A stretch of DNA of 32,926 nt from Candidatus Cloacimonadota bacterium. GTDB taxonomy: Bacteria; Cloacimonadota; Cloacimonadia; Cloacimonadales; WRIO01. Position 1 is the stretch's first letter. Every line of letters starts with the position of its first letter. The notes beneath the pieces are model-generated. The model made no database searches. It was given only the letters and a program-made list of their open reading frames with translations, and had not been told where the DNA came from. This document shows, piece after piece, positions 20,667 to 28,297 of this stretch. The position numbers were made by a program, and so were the translations under genes. The stretch covers positions 1-32,926 of the forward strand of contig JAKQQL010000255.1 of the NCBI GenBank assembly GCA_029564175.1. Reading direction: 5' to 3'.

Positions 20667-23039
20667 TTAAGAGAGCGCTTTTGCAAGCATTTCAATGTCA
20701 AACGGTTTAATCAGGAATCCATTAAATCCATATTGTGCAAAATTTGACATAACCGGATCGTTAGAATAACCAGAAGTTACAATTGCACGGATCGTCAAAT
20801 CAAATTCTCTAATAAGGCTAATGGCTTCTTTGCCCCCGAGTCTGCCTGGGATGGTCAGATCCATGATCACAATATCAATGGGCTGATTATCATTTCGGGC
20901 TGCTTTAATCTTTTTGATAGCATCTTCTCCATCTTCTGAGAGAAGGACATCATAACCCAGGTATTCCAGCATTTCTTTGCCAATAAAGCGGATTTGATCT
21001 TCGTCATCCATCAGAAGAACCCTTTGTTTTTGTCCCCCTATCTGGGGTTCATTTGTAAGAATGCTTTCCATTTTTATCTCGCTTTCTATCATTTCAGCCG
21101 GTACATAGATAATAATCTCAGTTCCTTTCCCAGGTTCTGATCTTACATCTATTGTGCCGTTATGCTTTTTAACTACTGAATAACAAATGGTCAGGCCAAG
21201 CCCTGAAGCGCCAGGTTTCGTTGTAAAATAAGGATCAAATAAATGCTCCATATCTGCTTCACAAATGCCTGTACCATTATCTTTCACGATAATTTTAATA
21301 TAATTCCCTTTACTAAGACCCAGCAAATTGTTTTCACTGATTGACACATTCATCGTTGAAATCTGGATAAGTCCCCCATTAGGCATGGATTGATATGCAT
21401 TGATGATAATATTATGAATCACCTGAGTCAACTGACTTGCATCGGCTTTGGTGAGATACAGGTCTTTTTCCAGATCATATTCACAGACACAGTTTGAACC
21501 TCTCAGTGCTAAATCAGTGGCATCTGTAACGATCGCATTGATATTGGTCGTATCCTTGACCGGAGCGCCTCCTTTTGCAAAGGTCAGCAGCTGATTTGTC
21601 AGATTGCGGGCTCTGAATCCGGATTTTTCAGCCGTATCTGCCAGCTCGTAAATAACAGTCCCTTTTCCTGATTTGAGTTTAATCATAGACAGGTTTCCAA
21701 TTACAGCAGTAAGGATATTGTTAAAGTCATGAGCAATACCGCCTGCTAACTGTCCTAAAGATTCCAACTTGTTATTTCGAGCTCTCTGGGTTTCAATCTC
21801 TTTTTTCTCAGTAATATTCTGTACAATTGCCAGAAATTCATTATCTCCACAAGGTGCCATTTGCGCCTGATAATGTTCATCAGCATTCTTAAAACGTAAA
21901 CTATACTCGTAAATTTGGATCTGACGGCTTTCTTTCACCGTTTTGATTTTCTCAAGTGTCAAATCAGATATATCCGGAGGGAGTATCGTTTTAATATTTT
22001 TCCCGATAAAAAAGTCTGGAGAAACGTATAATTCCTCTTCTTTTGCGCCTTTATAATCAATGAAATTACCTTCTTCATCAAAGATAAACATCATATTGGG
22101 AATTGCATATAAAAAGGCTTTATTTCTGGCTTCACTTTCTTTTAACTCAGAAATTGCTGTTTCAAGCTCTTTTGTTTTTATTTTAATTTTCTTTTTCAGA
22201 TAGTAGGAGTTTAAAACCATAAAAAGGATAATACAGGCTGTAATCAATAAACCTGAAATCAGCCAGGGTAAATATCTCCCGAAATCAAAAGAGCTGAGGT
22301 ATTTACCTTTCCATTTTTGATTGATTTCAGTCACTTCATCTTTGGTAATCAGGTCAAATCCATTTTCTATTACCGGCATTAACCAGGCATTTTCATTTAA
22401 AACCGCTCTGTGAAACTGTCCGGTATAGAGGTTAAAACCAAATTTATATTTATTCAGTAATTTATATTTATACAGGTAGTACAAGGCAGGCGGCTCATCA
22501 ATGGAAAAGAGATGAATCTCGTCTCGGGCTGCGGCTTTGATGATATCTTCATAAGAATGGTATTCAACAAGCCCTACAATGCCTTTACTCCTCAGCATAT
22601 CAATGACAGCATCTCCTGCTTTAACGCCAATTGAAAAACCTTTGAGATCGTTGATATTCTGGATTCCACTCAATTCTTTTTTAAAAAAGACTGGCACTTT
22701 AATATCTGCATAAGGCCTGCTGAATTTATACAATTTAGCTCTTTCAGGCGTAATAAAGACGGTTTCCAGAATATGAACCTGTCCCTGATTAAAGCTTTCT
22801 TTAGCCTTATCCCAGTCTGTTGCATAAAAAGTAACTCTGATACCGGTCTTACTCTCCCACAATTTCCACAGATCATAAATTATCCCCTGTATTTCCCCCA
22901 TGTCATTTCTAAAGATATAGGGAGGATAATTATCATCAATGGCAATACGCAGTTCTCTGATATCCTTGACTTCCTGTGCATACAATCCGTTTAGCATAAA
23001 TCCTGCTAATAGTGTCAAGATTATGATTATTCGCCTCAT
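20667..23039 (-). CDS. Hybrid sensor histidine kinase (SBP family 3 sensor, TM, PAS, HisKA, HATPase, REC)
   Basis: 'DDNYPPY' SBP3 motif; H-box 'GGIAHDFNNILT'; 'DNGTGI', 'FDPYFTTK..ASGLGL'; REC 'LLMDDE...MDL...KP'. Confidence 0.93.
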   Translation of the reverse strand: MRRIIIILTLLAGFMLNGLYAQEVKDIRELRIAIDDNYPPYIFRNDMGEIQGIIYDLWKLWESKTGIRVTFYATDWDKAKESFNQGQVHILETVFITPERAKLYKFSRPYADIKVPVFFKKELSGIQNINDLKGFSIGVKAGDAVIDMLRSKGIVGLVEYHSYEDIIKAAARDEIHLFSIDEPPALYYLYKYKLLNKYKFGFNLYTGQFHRAVLNENAWLMPVIENGFDLITKDEVTEINQKWKGKYLSSFDFGRYLPWLISGLLITACIILFMVLNSYYLKKKIKIKTKELETAISELKESEARNKAFLYAIPNMMFIFDEEGNFIDYKGAKEEELYVSPDFFIGKNIKTILPPDISDLTLEKIKTVKESRQIQIYEYSLRFKNADEHYQAQMAPCGDNEFLAIVQNITEKKEIETQRARNNKLESLGQLAGGIAHDFNNILTAVIGNLSMIKLKSGKGTVIYELADTAEKSGFRARNLTNQLLTFAKGGAPVKDTTNINAIVTDATDLALRGSNCVCEYDLEKDLYLTKADASQLTQVIHNIIINAYQSMPNGGLIQISTMNVSISENNLLGLSKGNYIKIIVKDNGTGICEADMEHLFDPYFTTKPGASGLGLTICYSVVKKHNGTIDVRSEPGKGTEIIIYVPAEMIESEIKMESILTNEPQIGGQKQRVLLMDDEDQIRFIGKEMLEYLGYDVLLSEDGEDAIKKIKAARNDNQPIDIVIMDLTIPGRLGGKEAISLIREFDLTIRAIVTSGYSNDPVMSNFAQYGFNGFLIKPFDIEMLAKALS

Positions 23040-23058
23040 TATGAACCCCTCTAATGTA

Positions 23059-23087
23059 AATATAGCAAAAAGCTTTCAAAAAGTCAA
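23059..23087 (-). promoter_or_regulatory. Putative sigma70 promoter for the histidine kinase unit
   Basis: Minus strand TTGACT-N17-TATATT with TG extension. Confidence 0.55.
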
Positions 23088-23192
23088 TATTTTTTTTCTT
23101 TCTTTTCAAAATTTAATAAAAAGAGTATAACCCTTCTGTTTGTACTTAGTTATAGAATGACCGTCTCCCTGGTCAGTAGCACTTGCGCTACA

Positions 23193-23555
23193 ATTCTTAT
23201 CCAATGATCCAAGGATTGAAACAGCCTTTCTGTTCGCAAGCTGGTAGCTTGCGCTACAATTTTTATCCAATGATCCAAGGATTGAAACAGCCTTTCTGTT
23301 CGCAAGCTGGTAGCTTGCGCTACAATTCTTATCCAATGATCCAAGGGTTGAAACTATCCTTTCTCTTCACAAGCTGGTAGCTTGCGCTACAATTCTTATC
23401 CAACAAACCAAGGATTGAAACTATCCTTTCTGTTCGCAAGCTGGTAGCTTGCGCTACAATTCTTATCCAATGATCCAAGGGTTGAAACTATCCTTTCTGT
23501 TCACAAGCTGGTAGCTTGCGCTACAATTCTTATCCAATGATCCAAGGATTGAAAA
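23193..23555 (+). CRISPR. Atypical CRISPR-like mini-array: six 30-nt shortened repeats, five near-identical REP-derived 36-37-nt spacers
   Basis: Repeats start at 23193, 23259, 23325, 23392, 23459, 23526 (consensus ATTCTTATCCAATGATCCAAGGATTGAAAC), clearly related to the 38-nt repeat at 32824; spacers (AG/TAT)CCTTTCTGTTCGCAAGCTGGTAGCTTGCGCTACA. Confidence 0.8.
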
Positions 23556-23617
23556 TTCCGACAATAAACGAGTAAGATGATCGTTCTATGCTAATTTAAA
23601 ATGGGTAAAAATATCTC

Positions 23618-23646
23618 TTGACAATATTTTTACAATCTTGTAGTTT
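23618..23646 (+). promoter_or_regulatory. Putative cas operon promoter
   Basis: TTGACA (23618-23623)-N17-TAGTTT (23641-23646). Confidence 0.6.
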
Positions 23647-23714
23647 TGGCATTATATGAAGATTTAAAAAATCAGATGTTCGCAAATTGCGGAGAAATCT
23701 GGCAGGAGACATTA

Positions 23715-24380
23715 ATGGTATATGTCAGCTTAATGTCAGTGTTGTTTTCAGATGTAAACATTCAGAGCAGGGATCTGCCGAAAGTGAGAGGCTATTTTGC
23801 TCAAAAGTATAAAGAGAATTCTCTTTTCCATAACCATCTGGATGACGCTTTCAATTACACATTCCCTAAAATTCAGTTCAGAGCAGTTGACAATCATCCG
23901 CTTATCATTGGTATCAATGAAGGGATCGAGGTTTTAAAACAAATTGTCATTAATGAGGAAGAGATTCAGATTAATAACAATATCTATGAGCTGAATGAAA
24001 AGAGTATTTCACAAAAAACATTTCCCCTCGGTGTTTCTGATAAAATGTTAAACTATCAGTTTATCAGCCCCTGGATGGCATTAAAAGAAGAAAACTACAC
24101 CCGTTACATGGCAATGGATAATCAGGACAGGGGTACATTTTTAAACCACTTACTCAGAGAGAACTTTAAAACACTGGCAAAAGGCTTTTCTTATTTTATC
24201 CCCGATATTGAGCAGATTCAGGTAACAGGTAAGTTTTATCCGATCAAAGTGAATTTTAAAAATCAAAAGATGCTCTGTTTTAACGGGTCATTTCAATGCA
24301 ATTTTCATATCCCTGACTATTTGGGATTAGGCAAACAATCAGCCAGAGGTTTCGGGGCTGTACGTTGTAAAGGAGAATAA
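23715..24380 (+). CDS. cas6: CRISPR endoribonuclease Cas6 (Cas6b-like)
   Basis: 'FHNH...YTFPKIQF', 'YQFISPWMAL', C-terminal G-loop 'GLGKQSARGFG'. Start moved to ATG 23715 (AGGAG RBS) because the track start at 23646 overlaps the promoter. Confidence 0.9.
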   Translation: MVYVSLMSVLFSDVNIQSRDLPKVRGYFAQKYKENSLFHNHLDDAFNYTFPKIQFRAVDNHPLIIGINEGIEVLKQIVINEEEIQINNNIYELNEKSISQKTFPLGVSDKMLNYQFISPWMALKEENYTRYMAMDNQDRGTFLNHLLRENFKTLAKGFSYFIPDIEQIQVTGKFYPIKVNFKNQKMLCFNGSFQCNFHIPDYLGLGKQSARGFGAVRCKGE

Positions 24381-24382
24381 TT

Positions 24383-26185
24383 ATGCTGCAAAAACTCTAT
24401 GCGCTGTCTTCCTATCTTTCCGATGAACTGATCGATGAAAATGATTATGATCTGGATATGAGCGAGCGTAAAGAAAAGGTCATTGTGCTGGATTTCCAGT
24501 TGGATCATCAACACTGTGAATTAAAAGAGGTCTTTGTCGAAGAATATTCAAGAGAAAAAAATCTGACGAAGTTTTATTATAAAGGCGCTAAAGCAAATAC
24601 TAAATCAGAATTTCCCTCTATCATCATTTCTGATAAGGATTTAAAAATTGATGACAACTACGCCAGAGACTCGAAATCCTACAAAAAGTTAAAAACAATT
24701 TTAAAAAACTGCTCAGAAAAAGAAAAAAGTTTGTCACCCTTAACAGAATACTTTGAAAGCAGAGCCGAAGATATCTTGCTTAAAATATCAGAGAAATTAA
24801 TCAGCAAAGACACCTACATTCTCACACTGAAAATCAATGAGGCTTATATAGGAGAATCTCATTACTTTGACTCGATACGTGAAAAAACCAGAAATGAATT
24901 ACTCTCCCCTTATTACACCAACAGCAAAGAAATCAGAAAACAAAATAAAAGTTGTTCTTTATGTTTGGAAAAAGAAAAAGAGGTCTGGGGCTATGTCAGC
25001 ACCTTCAATTTCTATGCCGTTAAAACAGAATATCCGCCAATAGCAGGAGGGTTTGATCAAAACAGTACCTGGAAAAATTATCCCGTTTGCCCGGACTGTG
25101 CGGTTAAACTCAAAAGAAGCAAATCAGCACTTACCAAATATATGCGATATTCGCTATATGGAATTTCATACTTTATCCTGCCCTCCTTTATTCTGGATGA
25201 TAAGGAAAAGAATACTGAAATCATGAATCTCTTCTTTCAAAAAGAACACTTGGGAAGATTCCATATTGATCCGCAGAACCGTAAAAAGATTAGTGCTGAT
25301 GAGAATGAAATCCTCGATCTGCTGGCTCAATCTGATAATCAACTTTGCTACAATCTCTTTTTCTTTGAAGAAAACAATAGTGAATTTAAAATCCTCATGA
25401 GCATGGATGAAGTTTTTCCCTCCCAACTGAAAGCCGTTTTTCAGGCGAAAAAGAAAGTTGAAAGACATACAGTATTCCATGAAATCCCTGGCTTACTGGG
25501 GAAAAACACAGTGGCAGATCTGGAATTTCGATTGGATCTACTCAAAGAGTTTTTCCCAATAAACAGTAAAATATACGGAGACTTTAAAAAGTCTTTTTTA
25601 GAGATCACACGATCTATCTTTTTACAAAAAGAAGTTTCATTTTCTTTCATATTACAACAGATTATGAAACATATAACTCATAAATTTGCTAATAATGAAG
25701 GTATTTATTATACTACGTTAAAGTCATTCATGTTACTAAAGTTTTTAAAATATCTGGGAATGATACCATCAGCCAATATAAATCAAAAGGAGGTCGCAGT
25801 GGAAGCGCTCTATCAAAATTTCTTTGATGAACATTCAGACTTTTTTGATACCAATATTAAAAAAGCCATCTTTCTGGAAGGCGTATTATGCCAGCATTTA
25901 CTGGATGTTCAGTATCAAAATCGTAAAGCCACACCATTCAGAAGTCATTTAAACGGGATGAAACTCAATCCAAAGCTTATTCAAAAACTCTTACCGGAAA
26001 TGATTGAAAAATTTGATCAGTATGACAGCCGTTATTATCGAAAACTGGAAACAAGCATAGCAGAGTTATTTATCGATTCTGACTTTAATCTGAGTAACGA
26101 TGAGATCAGTTATTACTTTGTTTTAGGGATGAGCTTAAACAAACAATTAATTAACAGTAAGGAGAAAGAAAATGATAATCAGTAA
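24383..26185 (+). CDS. cas8b: Type I-B large subunit Cas8b (Csh1/TM1802-like)
   Basis: 600 aa between cas6 and cas7; CSLC...CPDC zinc motif, 'WKNYPVC', C-terminal 'SNDEISYYFVLGMSL'. Confidence 0.85.
   Translation: MLQKLYALSSYLSDELIDENDYDLDMSERKEKVIVLDFQLDHQHCELKEVFVEEYSREKNLTKFYYKGAKANTKSEFPSIIISDKDLKIDDNYARDSKSYKKLKTILKNCSEKEKSLSPLTEYFESRAEDILLKISEKLISKDTYILTLKINEAYIGESHYFDSIREKTRNELLSPYYTNSKEIRKQNKSCSLCLEKEKEVWGYVSTFNFYAVKTEYPPIAGGFDQNSTWKNYPVCPDCAVKLKRSKSALTKYMRYSLYGISYFILPSFILDDKEKNTEIMNLFFQKEHLGRFHIDPQNRKKISADENEILDLLAQSDNQLCYNLFFFEENNSEFKILMSMDEVFPSQLKAVFQAKKKVERHTVFHEIPGLLGKNTVADLEFRLDLLKEFFPINSKIYGDFKKSFLEITRSIFLQKEVSFSFILQQIMKHITHKFANNEGIYYTTLKSFMLLKFLKYLGMIPSANINQKEVAVEALYQNFFDEHSDFFDTNIKKAIFLEGVLCQHLLDVQYQNRKATPFRSHLNGMKLNPKLIQKLLPEMIEKFDQYDSRYYRKLETSIAELFIDSDFNLSNDEISYYFVLGMSLNKQLINSKEKENDNQ
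25799..26185 (+). CDS. cas11: Predicted internally translated small subunit Cas11 (128 aa, in frame within cas8b)
   Basis: SD AAGGAGGT at 25787-25794, then in-frame GTG at 25799 (codon 473 of cas8b), at the start of the helical C-terminal domain. Confidence 0.72.
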   Translation: MEALYQNFFDEHSDFFDTNIKKAIFLEGVLCQHLLDVQYQNRKATPFRSHLNGMKLNPKLIQKLLPEMIEKFDQYDSRYYRKLETSIAELFIDSDFNLSNDEISYYFVLGMSLNKQLINSKEKENDNQ

Positions 26186-27047
26186 AAGAACAGAGATATT
26201 ATTCATATATGATGTAAAAGATGCCAATCCAAACGGAGATCCTTCTGATGAAAACAAACCCAGAATCGATGAAGAAAGCGGTATCAATATTGTAACCGAT
26301 GTCAGACTGAAACGAACCATCAGAGACTACCTGTATGACTATGAAGGTTTTAACGGAGAAACAGAAAAGGATATCTTTGTCAGACAAACAACAGCTGATA
26401 AAGGCGGACTTAATGATGGTAAAGGTCGAGCTAATATGTTTAAAGGGAATGATAAAAAAGAAATGCTAAATGCCATTTTATCAAAATGTATCGATATCCG
26501 TCTGTTCGGTGGTGTTATTCCGCTTGATAAAGATTCTATTACTTTTACAGGACCGGTGCAATTTAAAATGGGTCGTTCCTTACATCGTGTGGAGATGAAA
26601 TATATCAAGGGAACAGGTGCGTTTGCAACAACAGAGGGCAAATCGCAACAGGGATTCCGTGAGGAATACATCCTGCCATACTCATTAATTGCCTTCTATG
26701 GCATTGTTAATGAAAATGCTGCCAAAGAAACACAGATGACTGAAAACGATCTGAATCTGCTTATCAAAGCCATTTGGGAAGGAACCCGCAATCTGATTAC
26801 CCGCTCTAAATTTGAGCATACACCCCGCCTTCTCATGACTTTGACTCACAATCAACCAGAATACTTTATCGGAGAACTGAATAAATATATAAAACTCAAT
26901 ATTAAAAACGGACTCAGAGAGGAACAGATCAGAGATATCAGCGATGTGGAAATTGATTTATCAGCATTGAAAAATAAAATCAATAAAGCAGATACGCAAG
27001 TCCAAATTAAAAAAGATGATCGTCTGACTATACTAAACTGGGAATAG
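26172..27047 (+). CDS. cas7: Type I-B backbone Cas7 (Csh2)
   Basis: 'DANPNGDP..ENKPRID', 'VTDVRLKRTIRDYL', 'DIRLFGG', 'TGPVQF'. Confidence 0.95.
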   Translation: MIISKRTEILFIYDVKDANPNGDPSDENKPRIDEESGINIVTDVRLKRTIRDYLYDYEGFNGETEKDIFVRQTTADKGGLNDGKGRANMFKGNDKKEMLNAILSKCIDIRLFGGVIPLDKDSITFTGPVQFKMGRSLHRVEMKYIKGTGAFATTEGKSQQGFREEYILPYSLIAFYGIVNENAAKETQMTENDLNLLIKAIWEGTRNLITRSKFEHTPRLLMTLTHNQPEYFIGELNKYIKLNIKNGLREEQIRDISDVEIDLSALKNKINKADTQVQIKKDDRLTILNWE

Positions 27048-27053
27048 AAAGCT

Positions 27054-27101
27054 GTAGAACGATCATCCTGGTCGTTTTGTAGGGTAAGCTACCAGCTTGC
27101 C
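27054..27101 (+). repeat. Two tandem GTAG-type REP hairpins
   Basis: GTAG-AACGATC-ATCCT-GGTCGTT (27054-27076) and GTAG-GGTAAGC-TACCA-GCTTGCC (27079-27101). Confidence 0.75.
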
Positions 27102-27121
27102 AAAAGTCGAAAGGTAAAAAG

Positions 27122-27305
27122 AAATTCCCCTCCGGTGGAGGGGTGGCACGTAGTAACGGGGTGGTACGTTGAAAAATTCAAATGAAAATGATATTCAAAA
27201 AAACGATTGTTATGTATCTGGTATCAAAAGTAAAAAAATAGATTTTTATAATTTATTAACTTACCACCCCGCCCAAAAGGGCACCCCTCCAATGGAGGGG
27301 AATTT
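27122..27305. repeat. Inverted pair of CCCCTCC/GGAGGGG elements around an AT-rich spacer
   Basis: Plus-strand copy at about 27122-27168, minus-strand copy at about 27262-27305. Confidence 0.8.
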
Positions 27306-27418
27306 TAATACTATCAAAATAATAGACTATGCAGGAGCGTTTTAAATTTATATTGTGATAAATCACAATAAAATCTCCGCATAATACATTTAATAAATAC
27401 CTTCAGAAAGGAGGCATT

Positions 27419-28147
27419 TTGACCTTTTCAAAAGTGCTTGTCTTTGACATTTGGGCGGATTATGCTCATTTTAAAAAGTATTTTACCACGATGTCACCGC
27501 TTTCGTTTTCTATTCCGCCACGAACAGTTATTGCCGGAATGATTGGTGCCATTATCGGTATCGATAAAACAATCAATCCGGAGTTCTTCGGCAGAGATAA
27601 AACACTGATTGCCCTTAAAATCAACCTGCCTGTTAAGAAAACGAAAATCACCATGAACAATATTAAAGCAGTCAGTATGAATAAAATACATCGGTTTGAA
27701 AACCATAAACCGACAAACTATGAGTTTATCAAAGACTGTTCTTATCGGATTTTTGTTTCGGTTCAAGAGCCTGAGACTCATCAGAAAATCAAAGCGTATC
27801 TGGAACGTCATGCCAGTTATTATACCCTCAACATGGGAATTAGTGCCTGTCTGGCTGATTATGCCTATATTGGAGAATTTGATCTGAATCGCCTGAACAA
27901 AGAAACTCAGATTTTATCTGATACAATTGTCCCTACTGACTGTATAGAAGAAATTGACTTTAGTTCAAATCTGGAACTGCAAAAATGTAAACTGCCCAAT
28001 CAGATGAAAAACGATAGGGAAGTAACAGAGTACCGTGAATTTCTCTATGAAGTCAATGGAAGTAGAATACCAGTCAGATGTAATGACCTTCATGAAATGT
28101 ATCAGCTGAATATTCAGGGGACTGAATATAAAATCCATCCGATGTAA
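27419..28147 (+). CDS. cas5: Type I-B Cas5
   Basis: 'LVFDIWADYAHFKK...SPLSFSIPPRTVIAGMIGAIIG'; TTG start after AGGAGG. Confidence 0.95.
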   Translation: MTFSKVLVFDIWADYAHFKKYFTTMSPLSFSIPPRTVIAGMIGAIIGIDKTINPEFFGRDKTLIALKINLPVKKTKITMNNIKAVSMNKIHRFENHKPTNYEFIKDCSYRIFVSVQEPETHQKIKAYLERHASYYTLNMGISACLADYAYIGEFDLNRLNKETQILSDTIVPTDCIEEIDFSSNLELQKCKLPNQMKNDREVTEYREFLYEVNGSRIPVRCNDLHEMYQLNIQGTEYKIHPM

Positions 28148-28166
28148 GTCATATGCGAAATAAAGC

Positions 28167-28273
28167 AATTCCCCTCCGGTGGAGGGGTGGCACGAAGTGA
28201 CGGGGTGGTACGCTCATCCCACAATACTAGCGTCTGCTTGTAGCCTTTTCTGCAAGCAAGTTGCTCGCAGTAC
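28167..28273 (+). repeat. CCCCTCC element plus degenerate REP in the cas5-cas3 gap
   Basis: 28167-28212 CCCCTCC family; 28241-28273 tagccttttctgcaagcaagttgctcgcagtac. Confidence 0.7.
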
Positions 28274-28297
28274 GAAAAGAGTATAAAAGGATAGCCA

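Noticed and set aside
23106..23380. Three short repetitive ORFs over the mini-array
   Set aside because: By-products of the 66-bp period; later units are 67 bp and break the frame, and ORFs appear on both strands.
23677..23685. 9-nt match (TGTTCGCAA) between the mini-array spacer and the cas6 5' UTR
   Set aside because: Too short, outside the seed, and the same word occurs in an unrelated repeat module near 15226 and 15711.
27048..27418. Possible CreTA toxin-antitoxin RNA in the cas7-cas5 gap
   Set aside because: No recognisable degenerate CRISPR repeat pair or SD-start-rare-codon motif; the gap is explained by REP-like elements.
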